Shown one piece after another: positions 27,398 through 38,900 of a DNA stretch of 64,000 bases. The position numbers and the translations under genes are program-made. The DNA lies in IMG/VR virus record IMGVR_UViG_3300037603_000040. The stretch is one strand, 5' to 3'. This stretch comes from an uncultured virus (IMG/VR IMGVR_UViG_3300037603_000040) (taxonomy: Duplodnaviria > Heunggongvirae > Uroviricota > Caudoviricetes > Schitoviridae). A model generated the notes under the pieces. That model had not been told where the DNA came from. It was given only the letters and a program-made list of their open reading frames with translations, and did not search any database. How positions within the stretch are numbered: the first letter of the stretch is position 1; each line of letters starts with the position of its first letter.

Positions 27398-28141
27398 ATG
27401 AGTAAAATGTTTGGCAACTTTGCAAACACCAAAGCTGAAGTCCCCGAGGATCGTCTCGGCGGCGGTTTCGAACCGGTCCCCTCGAATTGCTATGACGCCG
27501 TGATCAAGCTGGCCTACGCTGGCAAAGCGCAGAACTCCAATGCGCAGAGCATCACCCTTCATGCCGACGTCGGTGGCAAAGAGATCCGTGAGACGATCTT
27601 CATCACCAACCGGGATGGTGAGAACTTCTACAAGGACAAGGACACTGGCAAACCCGTGCTCCTGCCTGGTTATGTGACCGTCGATGACATCTGCATGTTC
27701 ATCACCGAGCAGCCGCTCTCCGACCAGGATGTCGAGACCAAGACCGTGAAGCTCTACGACTTCGATCAGAAGAAGGAAGTTCCCACGGAAGTTCCGGTCC
27801 TGACGTCCCTGATCGGCGGCAAGGTCAAGCTGGGCATCCTGCGGGAAATCCAGGACAAGGAGAAGAAGGGCGACGACGGCAAGTATCGCCCCACCGGTGA
27901 AACCCGCACTCAGAACTCGATCGACAAGGTCTTCCACCCGGAAACCTGCCGCACGATCAACGAGTATCGTGCAGGTGTCGAGACCCCCGAATTCCACACA
28001 GCCTGGGTCGAGCGCAATGCAAACAAGGACCGCAACCGGGCCAAGAACGCTGGCAAGGCCGGTCCTGGCCAGTCTGGAACGGGTCGTCCGGGCGCAGGTG
28101 CTGGCTCTCCGGCACCGGCAAAAAGCCTCTTCAGCAACTAA
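27398..28141 (+). CDS. single-stranded DNA-binding protein (N4 gp45-like)
   Basis: DRLGGG, Y...IKLAY, LPGY, GETR..N.IDKVFH, C-terminal KSLF. Confidence 0.88.
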   Translation: MSKMFGNFANTKAEVPEDRLGGGFEPVPSNCYDAVIKLAYAGKAQNSNAQSITLHADVGGKEIRETIFITNRDGENFYKDKDTGKPVLLPGYVTVDDICMFITEQPLSDQDVETKTVKLYDFDQKKEVPTEVPVLTSLIGGKVKLGILREIQDKEKKGDDGKYRPTGETRTQNSIDKVFHPETCRTINEYRAGVETPEFHTAWVERNANKDRNRAKNAGKAGPGQSGTGRPGAGAGSPAPAKSLFSN

Positions 28142-28144
28142 GCC

Positions 28145-28630
28145 TTGCTGATCGTCGGCATAGATCCAGGGTTCACGGGAGCAATAGCCTTCCTGGATCC
28201 TGGATCCAATCACCTCACTGTCCATGACATGCCCCTCTATCCTGGGGCCAAAGGTCAGACAGTGCTCAATGTCCACGCCTTGGGAGAGATCCTCAAACAC
28301 GGCACCCGAGGTCGGGCAATGGCTGTTCTGGAACAGGTTCATGCCATGCCCAAGCAGGGTGTTTCCTCTACCTTCAGATTTGGACAGTGCTACGGTGCTC
28401 TCCAGATGGCCGTCGTCGGTCATGGCTATGAGGTTCACGATGTGACACCTCAGAAATGGAAGAAGCACTTCGGGCTCTCCAATGACAAGGGTGTTTCCCG
28501 CTCTGTGGCCTCACAACGCTTCCCACAGTGCGCTGAGCTCTTCAAACGAGTGAAGGACGACGGACGAGCAGAGGCTGCTCTGATGGCCCTCTACGGGGCT
28601 GAGGAGCTGCTTAAAATTTCCCCTACATGA
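28145..28630 (+). CDS. RuvC-like Holliday junction resolvase
   Basis: VGIDPG..GA, LEQV...P.QGVSS.F.FG, VTPQKWK, DGRAEA. Confidence 0.88.
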   Translation: MLIVGIDPGFTGAIAFLDPGSNHLTVHDMPLYPGAKGQTVLNVHALGEILKHGTRGRAMAVLEQVHAMPKQGVSSTFRFGQCYGALQMAVVGHGYEVHDVTPQKWKKHFGLSNDKGVSRSVASQRFPQCAELFKRVKDDGRAEAALMALYGAEELLKISPT

Positions 28631-28648
28631 ACCAAGGAAAGGTATCCC

Positions 28649-28822
28649 ATGGTTAACCAAAAAGCCTACAAGATCATCGACTCTCTGATAGACAAGGCAG
28701 GGCAAGCTCACAGTGCGCAAGAAGCTCTTCAGTTTGCCAATGCCGCCCTTGTGATTGCACGCAGCATCGAAGCACTTCATTACATGACTTTGCCACAAGG
28801 GCAGGATGAAATCCCTCTCTGA
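28649..28822 (+). CDS. small hypothetical protein (57 aa)
   Basis: MVNQKAYKIIDSLIDKAGQA...EALQFANAA; GAAAGG RBS. Confidence 0.6.
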   Translation: MVNQKAYKIIDSLIDKAGQAHSAQEALQFANAALVIARSIEALHYMTLPQGQDEIPL

Positions 28823-28823
28823 C

Positions 28824-29170
28824 CGAGACGAGCCGGAGTAGTGACCGGCTAGGGGAGTTGGTGTTTCCTCGATGAGAAGGCAGACCACTTCTGCTAAACA
28901 TGCACTTACCAGGGGCTCGATGATCGGGAACCACCGGGGAGAACAAGAGCAGTGCGTCTCGCGTTCGTTGAAGCGACCCCCGTAGAGACCCTGGTATCCC
29001 CACACCGAGAAAATGCCGGTTCGACTCCGGCTGGGTAGCTGACGTTGGGAACGACGGGAGTCAGGTGCAATTCCTGGTGATTGTTCCAGGGGCAATAATT
29101 CCTGGATAACTCTAGTGAGACAAGAGCTACGGCGGCCAGCCGTTTAAACGCAGAGGGTCACTCCTCTCGA
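28824..29170 (+). ncRNA. candidate structured RNA with tRNA-like T arms
   Basis: No credible ORF; several hairpins, including T arms GCCGG-TTCGACT-CCGGC and CAGG-TGCAATT-CCTG. Confidence 0.45.
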
Positions 29171-29207
29171 GGGGCAAAACTTCCTCAATAATACAGGAGA
29201 TTTGCCA

Positions 29208-29513
29208 GTGGCAAAAAACGAAGTAACCCTGAGCCAGGAAGAGGCAGTTGAGATCCAGAGAGTGTTGGGCGTCTCGATCAATTTGATCAAGAACCTGAAC
29301 CCCACTCTGGCAGCTCAGCTTCAGAAGGTGGTTCTCAGATTGAAAACCACCTTGCCCGAATCCAACGAGGAAACGGAGGATCTCTCCCAAGAGACTGTTC
29401 AAAAGTCCGATGACACCCCCGATCTGGATCAGATCATCCAGGATGGGGAATCGGACGCAGGAATCCAGGTTCCTGATGAAGAGGTAACGCAGACTGCTCA
29501 AGCAGATAGCTGA
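29208..29513 (+). CDS. hypothetical protein with acidic tail
   Basis: GTG start after AGGAG. Confidence 0.65.
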   Translation: MAKNEVTLSQEEAVEIQRVLGVSINLIKNLNPTLAAQLQKVVLRLKTTLPESNEETEDLSQETVQKSDDTPDLDQIIQDGESDAGIQVPDEEVTQTAQADS

Positions 29514-29674
29514 TGCTCAAATTCATCAGCGCAGTCGGCTATACCTGTCTGGTTCTGGCCATTGTCAGCTCCGTCCTGAGCCTTGCAGCGTCCCTTGTGT
29601 CGCAGCTTCTGGTTCTGGGTCTGGTGCTTGTCATTGGCGCCGCAGCAGCAGGATGGAACTCGAAAGATGTTTGA
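29513..29674 (+). CDS. small membrane protein (53 aa)
   Basis: MLKFISAVGYTCLVLAIVSS...; TGATG coupling. Confidence 0.55.
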   Translation: MLKFISAVGYTCLVLAIVSSVLSLAASLVSQLLVLGLVLVIGAAAAGWNSKDV

Positions 29675-29834
29675 GTTCCTTTTCCTGGGCGGAGACCAGC
29701 TTCTCTACTTCGGCTTCGATCTGGCCTTCGGGCTCGATGAAGTCGTCGAATGGTGAGAGTGAATCAGGGGAGGGGCTTCGTTCCGTGATGCCCCTCCCTA
29801 TTCTTTCTTGATCCATAGATCCCCAAGACTCTAT

Positions 29835-29864
29835 ACCACACCACACCGAATCACACCAACGCAC
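29835..29864 (+). repeat. pentamer array
   Basis: ACCAC ACCAC ACCGA ATCAC ACCAA CGCAC; intergenic. Confidence 0.75.
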
Positions 29865-29880
29865 AACGAAAGGACACCTC

Positions 29881-30342
29881 ATGCGCGTTATCCTCACCTC
29901 TGACGAGGTCACTGAAGCTCTTGAAGCCTATGTGAACGATCAGATCTCCCTCTCCGGGAACCAGGAATTCTCAGTCGAGATCCAGAAGGATGGATCGGCC
30001 GCTGTCGATATCCGCTCGTCCAAGACCGAACGGAAGCCCACTGCACGCAAGACCACCAAGGCTGCTCCGGCCAAGAAGACCAAGGCCGAACCCGAAGAGG
30101 TCGAAGACGAAAACCAGGAAGAAGACAACCTGGATAACGCCGATGAGGGCGAAGGCCATACGCAAGACGAAGCTCAAGAGGAAGCCCCGGCTGAGGCCAA
30201 TGCTCCAAAGCCCACTTCGATCTTTGGAACTCCCAAGTCCACTCCTGCTGAAGAAAAGGCTCCTGAATCTGAGCCCGAGAAAGCTGAAGTGGCCGAAGAA
30301 CCGGCTCCGACACGCACCTCGATCTTTTCGAAGGTCGGCTGA
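29881..30342 (+). CDS. acidic low-complexity protein
   Basis: 153 aa with AAGGA RBS; two TSIF motifs. Confidence 0.75.
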   Translation: MRVILTSDEVTEALEAYVNDQISLSGNQEFSVEIQKDGSAAVDIRSSKTERKPTARKTTKAAPAKKTKAEPEEVEDENQEEDNLDNADEGEGHTQDEAQEEAPAEANAPKPTSIFGTPKSTPAEEKAPESEPEKAEVAEEPAPTRTSIFSKVG

Positions 30343-30344
30343 CA

Positions 30345-30505
30345 GAGATCACCGGACAACCGGTGAAAGATGTGGACTATGTTTCACCCATAGGAACGAA
30401 CCACGCAAATCGTAGACTGCTATGGGGCTAGGCGTCAGATTGGCCAGTGTGAGACTGGCAGAAGAACGCATGGGGTTGGCGGATCCCCTCAAAACCGTCT
30501 GCTTT
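30345..30505 (+). ncRNA. manA-like structured RNA motif
   Basis: GATGTGG...CCACGCAAAT...GACTG; loop CCCATAG complementary to CTATGGG; GCGT/ACGC stem with AGAAGAA; 3' pseudoknot GGGG-TTGGCGGAT-CCCC...CCGTC. Confidence 0.6.
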
Positions 30506-30530
30506 TCAATATTCACGAAAAGAGTTTGCC

Positions 30531-30770
30531 ATGACCAAGACCTATGAAGACACAGGCGGGCCAGCGTTTCCGCTACTAATTGAAGAGGAAGGCTGCGCCT
30601 CGCAAGCTTATCTCGGCATGACGCTGCGCGATTGGTTCGCTGGGCAGGCCATGATCGGTGCGTTTAGCGCTTTCTCCCGAGAATGGCACAACCCAAACGA
30701 CTATCAAATCAAGGCGATTGCCAATAACGCCTACCGCATCGCCGACGCCATGATGGAGGCACGCAAATGA
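30531..30770 (+). CDS. conserved small phage protein
   Basis: TGGPAFP...GMTLRDWFAGQA...AY.IADAMM.AR. Confidence 0.8.
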   Translation: MTKTYEDTGGPAFPLLIEEEGCASQAYLGMTLRDWFAGQAMIGAFSAFSREWHNPNDYQIKAIANNAYRIADAMMEARK

Positions 30771-31144
30771 CCGATATTGACTGGACACAGCTTGAGGCGG
30801 ATCGAGCGGCGGGAACGAAAGGCACTTGGATGAAATTCAAATGCCGTTGCGGAGATAAAAACTGCAATCAATACACCATGAGCAGCCAAGGCTCTGTCGG
30901 CTTTGACGAGACTGACGCCTCTCGCATGGAGCGCCTTGACGCCCTCGAAGCCTACGCCCTGCGCGCCCGGCGTGTAGAAGCGGCGGCGGATGAGTTGGCG
31001 CGGGCCAGTCAGGCGTTGGCTGATCTTCGGGATAACACGTCGCCGTTTGGTGGGGAAATTCAGCAAGATCGTATCGAGCGAACGCAGGAACGGTTTCTTC
31101 TCGCCCTCGCCGCCTACCAAGCCGCTAAAGGTGGTGACGCATGA
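30767..31144 (+). CDS. hypothetical protein (ead/Ea22-like start)
   Basis: ATGA coupling; A.T.G.W pattern. Confidence 0.65.
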   Translation: MTDIDWTQLEADRAAGTKGTWMKFKCRCGDKNCNQYTMSSQGSVGFDETDASRMERLDALEAYALRARRVEAAADELARASQALADLRDNTSPFGGEIQQDRIERTQERFLLALAAYQAAKGGDA

Positions 31145-31228
31145 CCCGCCCCCCCATCCGCCACGGCGGGGCCAGCACCGGCACACTCACGGACTCGCCC
31201 GGTGCTGGCCGAAACACAGGAGAATGAC

Positions 31229-32056
31229 ATGACTGACATAAGCAAGGAAGCGGTGGAGCGGTTGGCGACATTCGCAAAAGATTACGTTGGGTGGGACAAG
31301 TGCGCCGACACCCTGCGCGCCCTCTCTGCCCGTCTGGCGGAGGTGGAGGCTGCGAACCGTGGTCTCGTTAGGCTGAATGACGCGACACAAAACCGCGCAG
31401 AAGCCGCAGAGGCCAAGCTGGCAGAGGTGGAGAAAGAGCGGGATCGCCAATACGACGAGAATGTTGACCGGATAGCCCAGCAAGGTGCCGCCAATTACGA
31501 GATTGAGAGGGTTGAGGCGGAGTTATCGTGTCGCGAACAGCTAATCAAAGATCATTTGCGCAAGATCATGCACTTTGAGAATCGTGTTGAAGATGAATCG
31601 GTCCGCGCCGAGGCCGCAGAGGCCAAGCTGGCCGTGGCGCGTGAGGCTTTGGAATTTTACGGTGGTGTAATGCCCGTCTCGTTTTCACCCGGTTCAGACG
31701 GTGGCTGCAAGGCCCGCCAAGCCCTCGCCACCCTCAACGCAGACACTCCCGCCATCCCACAGGACAGCGCATGGCAACCTGAGCCGGAAGTTAGGCTTGA
31801 AACGACGAAGGAAAACATCGCCAGAGATATAAGGGAGGGGCGTTTTCCGTCACGCTCTGAGCCTGAATTTGTGCTGGTTTACACCACACCACCCCCAGAG
31901 GTGAGCGTGGGGGAGGCGGCAAGTGACGAAAGCATCATGCACGCCATGCACGAGCAAATGTGCGGATGCGGGAAAGGAATAGATTGCCCACGGTGCAATG
32001 ACTACCTGATCGCGTTCCGCGCCGCCCTCCGCGCTCTGGCAGGGGAGGAAGGGTGA
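31229..32056 (+). CDS. coiled-coil hypothetical protein
   Basis: AGGAG RBS; repeated RAEAAEAKLA. Confidence 0.7.
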   Translation: MTDISKEAVERLATFAKDYVGWDKCADTLRALSARLAEVEAANRGLVRLNDATQNRAEAAEAKLAEVEKERDRQYDENVDRIAQQGAANYEIERVEAELSCREQLIKDHLRKIMHFENRVEDESVRAEAAEAKLAVAREALEFYGGVMPVSFSPGSDGGCKARQALATLNADTPAIPQDSAWQPEPEVRLETTKENIARDIREGRFPSRSEPEFVLVYTTPPPEVSVGEAASDESIMHAMHEQMCGCGKGIDCPRCNDYLIAFRAALRALAGEEG

Positions 32057-32173
32057 TGAAGTGGAAATGCAAGTGGTTCGGCCACCTATACAGCTACAGA
32101 CTAAACCGCCTGAACGGTTGCTGCATCCGCTGCGGCTGGTTTGAATATGGGCCGAATACAAAGGACACAGACC

Positions 32174-32533
32174 ATGACTGACCTATCAAAGATCGTGAAG
32201 CCGCTGGAGTGGGACGGAAACGGCAAAGGCAATTACCCAGTTTGGTGGGCGATGGCTTTAGACTTTAGGGCAAAAATCGACAAAGGGGCATCGTCTATGT
32301 ATGGCGACTATCCTCTGTTCATAAACGGTTTTTGGGACAAGACAAAACACAAAACCATTGAATCCGCCAAAGCCGCCGCCCAAGCAGAACACGCCCGCCG
32401 CAGCCTAGCCAACATCGACATCGACGCCCTCATTCGGGCCGGTATCAAGGAAGGGCTAAAGATGGGGGTGGACGAAGCAAAATCGCGGATCACAAAATAC
32501 GCCGCAATCGCAAAAGCAGAGACCGCACAATGA
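32174..32533 (+). CDS. hypothetical protein
   Basis: VKPLEW...AKAAAQA pattern common in temperate alphaproteobacterial phages. Confidence 0.7.
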   Translation: MTDLSKIVKPLEWDGNGKGNYPVWWAMALDFRAKIDKGASSMYGDYPLFINGFWDKTKHKTIESAKAAAQAEHARRSLANIDIDALIRAGIKEGLKMGVDEAKSRITKYAAIAKAETAQ

Positions 32534-32766
32534 GACTTCACCAGGACACCCACAACTTTCTCAAAACCCTCTACGATCACGAACCAGAAGGCGCCAGACG
32601 TCATGATCTTCCTCCTGCAAGTAGATGGCAAGACAAAGTTCGTCAGTATGCCCGCAAACGCAAATGGGTTGTCTATGAGAACCGTGGCAAAGGGGCTCGA
32701 TGGCATCTAACGCCCGAAGGCCAAGCAGTTTTTATCGCAGATCGTAACCCTACTAACTCCAAATGA
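32530..32766 (+). CDS. small protein, possible winged helix
   Basis: W.LTPEG C-terminal wing-like motif; ATGA overlap. Confidence 0.6.
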   Translation: MRLHQDTHNFLKTLYDHEPEGARRHDLPPASRWQDKVRQYARKRKWVVYENRGKGARWHLTPEGQAVFIADRNPTNSK

Positions 32767-32770
32767 AAGA

Positions 32771-32794
32771 AGCTCCCCCATCTTTGGGGGAGCT
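32771..32794. terminator. hairpin between the convergent genome halves
   Basis: AGCTCCCCCA-TCTT-TGGGGGAGCT. Confidence 0.75.
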
Positions 32795-32931
32795 CTCTCA
32801 GCCAGGTTTCACCCTTGACTGCTCGGTGCCACACTACCTCAGTGATTTTGGGAAAACTGGAGGTGCTTCGACGCCCTCAGAACATACTATGTTTGGGGAA
32901 TCCCTGTGAACCCCCAAACGTCACATTTTCG

Positions 32932-35900
32932 TTAATTTGTTAGCGCAACGACCGGATGGAGAGAGGGCGAATTCCAGCCCATCTGTGGCCCAAGGGCATA
33001 CGAAGCACTCCCATCCCACATGGTTCCCAAGAGCGAACCAGAAGCGACCGTATCAATTCCCGTTGACGGTCCAAAACCCCCCATAAAGAACAGACCATGT
33101 GCCGGCCGCTCTCTCAAGGTCTTCACGGCAATCTTCATGATCCGAAGTTTGTAGTTGAAGAACCAGAGAAGGCCATTGCTTTCCAGTGCATCTCTCGTCC
33201 GACCGGGCAGCCGGTTATACTGGACGAACTCCTCCAGGATCACATCCAGAGCTTCTCTGTTGCTCATCTTCTTCTTCTGAACCAGGTGATCATAAAGCAC
33301 AGCCTTGGCTACAAAATCCCCATACTGGATCATCCGGTTCAGGCCCTGGAACAGCGCAGTATCCTTTGTGATCAGGATATTCTTGGCCGCAGTCTGACCC
33401 CAGCCAGGAAGCTTCTCAGTGGCCTTTTCCAGGTAATCCCCCCACTTGCCTTCCCGGATAGCCACGTCGGCTTCCGTCAGGTTCTCAGAGATCGTGGAGA
33501 ACTCCCCTGCCTCAATCAGTGGTGCAATGCTCATCCGGGCATTAGCATCTTTCAGCACCTGGATCTGAGCCTTGATCTTGGCCTGCTTCTCAGGCTGTCC
33601 AAAGGCACCGGTGAAGGCCACCTGGAGTTTCTGGATCTCCTCTTTGTTCTTTACGAACTGAGTGATTTCCACGAACTTTTCCCGCATACCTTTGGCGATC
33701 GCCAGGGGGTTCATCCCCACAATACTGAGGTGCAGCACGTTGGACAGGATGTTATCCCAGGCCACGACAATGCCTCTGACCACGATCGTCGTCTTGGCGT
33801 AGGACACAGTCTCCCCGACGAACTCCTCTGCTTGCTTGAGCATCTTGAAGGCAGACTTACCCAACACAAAAGTGGCAAAGTCCTTGATCCGCTCCTGGTT
33901 CTGAGGACTAAACCGGGTCACACCAGTCCAGGCATCTGTCACACCAGCAGCCCTATACCCGATGGCATCATCGAGCATGTCCTTCCGGATCGGCAGAAAG
34001 CCTTCTTTCCCGAAGATCTCAGTTGCATCCTCTTTGATGCGCCATACCAGAGTGCCCCAGGCATCTTTGATGACAGGATCGGTGATGTTTTTGTCAGCTA
34101 CGTTGATAAATACCGTTTCTCTGTCACCATCCTTTACATCGTCATGGTTATCGTAGATCTCCTTCAGGGTCTTGATCAGATCCTTGTTGGCATCATGAGC
34201 GAGGTTCTCTTCCTCAATACGGCCAAGCCACACCCCCAGCATACGACCCAGGTGAGTGTCTCTCTGAAGACCAGTCATCTGATCTGGATCCAGGAGCTGC
34301 TGATAGCCCACTACGTTACCACTCCCACTCAGAAGGGGGATCATATACTCACCGGGGGGCAGAGTGTTCTTGGAGCCGTTGTTGCTGATGCTACGAGCAA
34401 TCTGGAATGCCCTCTGGCCTGTAACCATCTCACCAGCCTCTTCGATCTTCAGACGCCCTGTCCGGCTGTCTACGCCGTTGTAGGTCTCATGCACAGTCTG
34501 AGCCACACCCTGACGGAACGCATTCCGGCCAGACACCGAGGACTGGTAATAGCCCCGCTTGCCTTTGAAGCCATCTCGAGCATCTCCGACGTAGTTACCG
34601 ATGCGCACATAGCCGATCCGCTCCAAGTATCCTCTCTCCATGTCATCTGCGACGATCACAGAGGAGCCAGGAGCCACCAGGGAGGGGATGTAGCCCTTCA
34701 GACCATTGACCACTGCCACAGCACTGTCCGTGCCATTCTGGGCCTTCCTGGACGTCTCCAGGGACCGGGCAGCCTGAAGTGTCCCGATCACAGAGCGCAT
34801 ACCCTCATCCTCGGTCTCCACTAGCTCCTTCAAGCGAGCCAGGGTTTGACCGTCTACTTTCTGGAACGCATAGAGGCTGGTCAGCTTGTCGATCGCCTCG
34901 ATCAGATCCGCTGTCACATCCGGATCTTTCGGACGAGACTTCTCATTGTAGAGGTGAGCGATCGAATGCGCATTAAGCAACAGGTTGTTCGAGGAGTTCT
35001 TTCTCTCCATCATGAAGGTGGCCAAGGCCTTGCTCTTTTCCAGGTAAAGGGGTGAGAACTTGCCCCCCAGAGCCCGGACTTTTTCTTCCTGTGCCTGGAT
35101 CTCCTTCTTCACCTGTGTGTTATCCTTCAGCATCTTGAGCACTTCAGCACGGCTGAAGGCCATGATGTCTGTCCGACCTAGCCCTGTGAACATCTGGCTC
35201 CAAGTCTCCTTGTCCAGCTTGGTGCTGAACAGGTTGGCCAGTTCCTCTGGGATGTTCTCCCGGTAATCCTGACGCACAGCATCGATCAGAGCCCGAACCT
35301 TGTTGATGAGGCGCAGCAAAGATCTATTCGAGGCTGTGGCACCGCGGATATCCGAGATCACAGACCGCAGAGCAAACCCGTTGGGCATGTCATTGGCCAT
35401 TTTGGTGATCGTGCTACCAGTGACCTCGGACATTTCCTTGGAACCAAGGGAAGCCACAAACTTGGCTGCCGTCATACCGGTTTTGAGGTGCCTGTTCTTG
35501 GTTCGCTTGAACCTCTCATTGAGAAACAGCACAGTCTTCTTCGAGGTGCTCTCCACCACATTGGCCAGATACTCGTTGGCCATGTTGCCTGGACGAGACA
35601 GGATCTCGGCCGTAGCAATGAAGCTCCGGTCCCCCTGGATCTCGCTCAGACCATCTGCCAGTCGATCTAGCTCGGCCGTCACATTGGATTTTTGGACAGC
35701 ACGTGTCACGGACATGCGAGTGAGCAGCTCGACGATGGTATTGGCCAAGCTTCTCAGGAACCCATCCACACTGTCATGCTTGACGTCGATGGTCTTAGGA
35801 GCAGGCATGTTTTCCAGGATCTGACGCAGACTGTCGTCCACCTGAGCCAGAGCCAAGAAGGAAGCCATAAGATCTGTGTTACCATTGGCTGTCTTGCGCA

Positions 35901-38900
35901 GACCTTGCTGGCCGGTCAGGAAGTCCAGCTTCTTCTGGGCCATGTCCTTCTGGGCTTTGGTCGGGGTGCCAATGACACCATCAGCCTCAAGGAAGTCGTC
36001 TACGCTCAGCTTTGAGATGACGTGACGATACATCTGAGCCGACTGTCTCAGCATAGCTGGATCCAGCTTCATCCCCGACATCATGGCCAAATGCACTGCC
36101 TCGAAAGCCAGAGCCTCACGACGGTTCAGAGCATACCCGTTGGCAATGGCGCTCTCACTGGACTGACGAGCCATCTTGCGACGCACATCGAGCTCTTTGT
36201 CGAACTCCCCTCTCGTGCTTGGATCTTTGGGACGAGAGCTTTCCAGGTAGGCATTCAGCCGGTCCAGGAAACGCTGCTCGATACGCTGCAAGCGTTCATT
36301 CCCTGGATAGAGTTGGTTCATGACCTGATCGGTCTCCACAGCCTGCTGAGCCGCTCTTCTGTGCTGAGACACAGCCCCCAGGATCTCAGCATTGAAGCGC
36401 ACGTTCTCAAAGAGGGTCTTGCCCTGATCCGATCTCAGACCCAGCATCTGAGCCAGTGCCTTGATGGCATCTTCAATAATGCGAGCCAGAGAGTTACGGA
36501 CACGGACGTTCTGACCCAGCTCAATCAGGTTCTGGTTCGAGAGGCTGTATGCCAGGAATTCCCCCAGCTTCTGCTCCTGGCTCAGAGTGTTACCGGTCAG
36601 CTTCGCCTGGAGAGCACGCATGTTCTCTGCCACGTTTGCCCGCTGGTTATCTGGGTTCAGTTTGAGGAACTCCTCAACCAGTGCTTCCAGCCGTTGCACG
36701 GCTTCCCGCACTGGTTTCGTAACCCCCTCGGGATCTCTGTAGTAGTCAGTGATCGCTGTCTGAGTGGCCGCATGCAGGCTCTCGTGCAGCACAGTCTCAG
36801 GCGAGGTGTTGGTCAGAAACAGAACTCTGGAACCAGCGAAAGCCTGACCCTCTTCGATCACATCGTTACCGAAATGAGGATACTGCTCCCGCTTCAGACG
36901 GTTCAGCTCTTCTGCGCTGCCCACAAAGGTGGTCACACCATCAAGGCCTCTGACGTTGCCGCCAAGCGTGAAGAGACGCATGGTCTCCTGCTGCTCAGCA
37001 CTGGCGCCATTGTCTTCGAGCACGTAATGGAGCAAGGCATTTCCAGGCACGGAGTAGACTCCTTCAAATCCTGGAACAGGCTCACCCACCAGCTTGCTGA
37101 TGGCCTCTGATCTCTTCGAGGATTTCTGAGACACCGGCCGGCTCTTCTTGCCTGCTCGAGCATCCTTGATCTTCTTCAGCTCAATCTGGGTCCGCTTCTC
37201 GATCTCGGCGGCCACCTCTTCCAGAGTCGGTATGTCTGTCTCATCGTCGATCACGGAGAGTGTGTCGATCACCCCACCGTCTACGTTGTTGTGGAACGAA
37301 GCCCCTGCCCCGGCCATGTGATCCACGTAGCTGGGGACACTGGCCATAGCTGTCTTCCGGGCTTGAGTGTGATCAGCAATGTCCTGGATCTGGCTCCAGA
37401 TCCCACGGATCGTTCTTTCGTCGATCTTCTCGCCACGCTTGGGACGCAGGATCTTGTTGAGCTTCTCCATGGTCTCCTTGCTCAGGGAAGACATATCCAG
37501 GTTGTTCAGCATCTGACGATATCCATCAGCAATAGCCTGGAAAGCGTTGTCTTGCATCCAGCCATTGAAGACCTGTTCGTTGATGTGTTCTGAGGCTTCC
37601 CGGATCTGGTCTACCCTGACCTCGACACCGTCAAACACAGGCAGAGAGGCCGTCATGGTGCCATCGTACTGGACGTAGATGTTCAGGATCATCCGACCGT
37701 CACCGGTCCCGATCGTCATGTAGGGGGACACTTTGACCGAGGCATCAGAAGGGCTCGGCTCTACAGAAGCACCGGCCAGTTGACCGTCAAAGCTTTCACT
37801 CACCATTTTACCGGAGTCGAAACCCTCTGAGGCAGTAATATGGAACTCATGGGCGTCGGTCTCATAGATGGGTGCCACACGAGAGGCTTCTTCAAAGACC
37901 TGACGCATCTGAGCCTCAGACAAAAGCTGCACCGGTGTGATGTCACCATCACTCCCTACCTTACCTTCTAGTTCCCCTTTCTCAGTCAGTTCCTGACGAC
38001 GTTCTTTCAGGAGCTTGTTGAATATATCGGTGAAGATGGCTCCCTGGATCTGGCTTGCTTGTTGAGCCAGTTTCATATTGGACGTCACGCCACCCGTTGC
38101 CTCATCCAGAGCCTCAAACATCTGTTCAGCAAAATGCGCTTCGATGTTGGATACCAGGTTCTTGAAGGAGTTGATGTTGATCCCGCCTTTGGCAGGGTTC
38201 TTCAGCAGTTTTCGTTCAAGATTTTGCCCTTTGCTGTATTCGGCAATACCCAACTTAGGATCAAAGCGGCGGTTCATAAGAGCATCGAGATCAGCAGCCA
38301 GAGAAGGATTTTCCAGGAACACCTTGTGCTCATTCCAGGGCTTACCACTCTGGACGATTTCCGAAAGTGTTCGGTAAATTTCGTCCACCACAGCTTGCGA
38401 GATCTTTCCAGCTACACCAGACACACCTGAACCGTAGATCATCACGGTCAGAGGGTTCTTCACCACTCCCCGTTCAGAGGCAAACCGCGGATCGGCCTGA
38501 CCCTTAGTCGTGTCCACACTGAAGCCGTCCAGCAGAGCATGCAGCACCCGGTAGACCCGGAGAGCATCCTCTCTGGCTTCAGGGCTTGTAAGCTTGGCCA
38601 GATAATCTGCCAAACCTTCATCAAAGAGACGGGCACCCTCATGATAGAGGTCATCAGTATCCTTGGCTCTCTGCTCATTGAGGGTCCGTGTGGTCCCATC
38701 GAAGAACCAGCCACCCTTGGCCAAGGTCTTCAGATACCACTCATCCACCGTCCCGCTGAACATATGAACCATGGCATTGATGGGACCGTCTGTCACACCG
38801 TCTGCTTCCAGAGCCAGAGAGGTCTGGAACTGGGTCAGGGCCTCCCCTCCCAGTTTACGTGCCTGCTCCATCTGGGCCACTGTCAGGAGCGCATGAATGG

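Noticed and set aside
438..28637. Recurrent TGAACC(A) at gene ends (439, 3636, 10100, 12640, 19565, 28628)
   Set aside because: A short motif largely explained by stop-codon context plus the following RBS. It cannot be distinguished from background by eye.
28973..29040. Second functional tRNA
   Set aside because: A T arm is present, but there is no anticodon arm and no CCA, and the acceptor stem is imperfect. Kept only as part of the ncRNA candidate.
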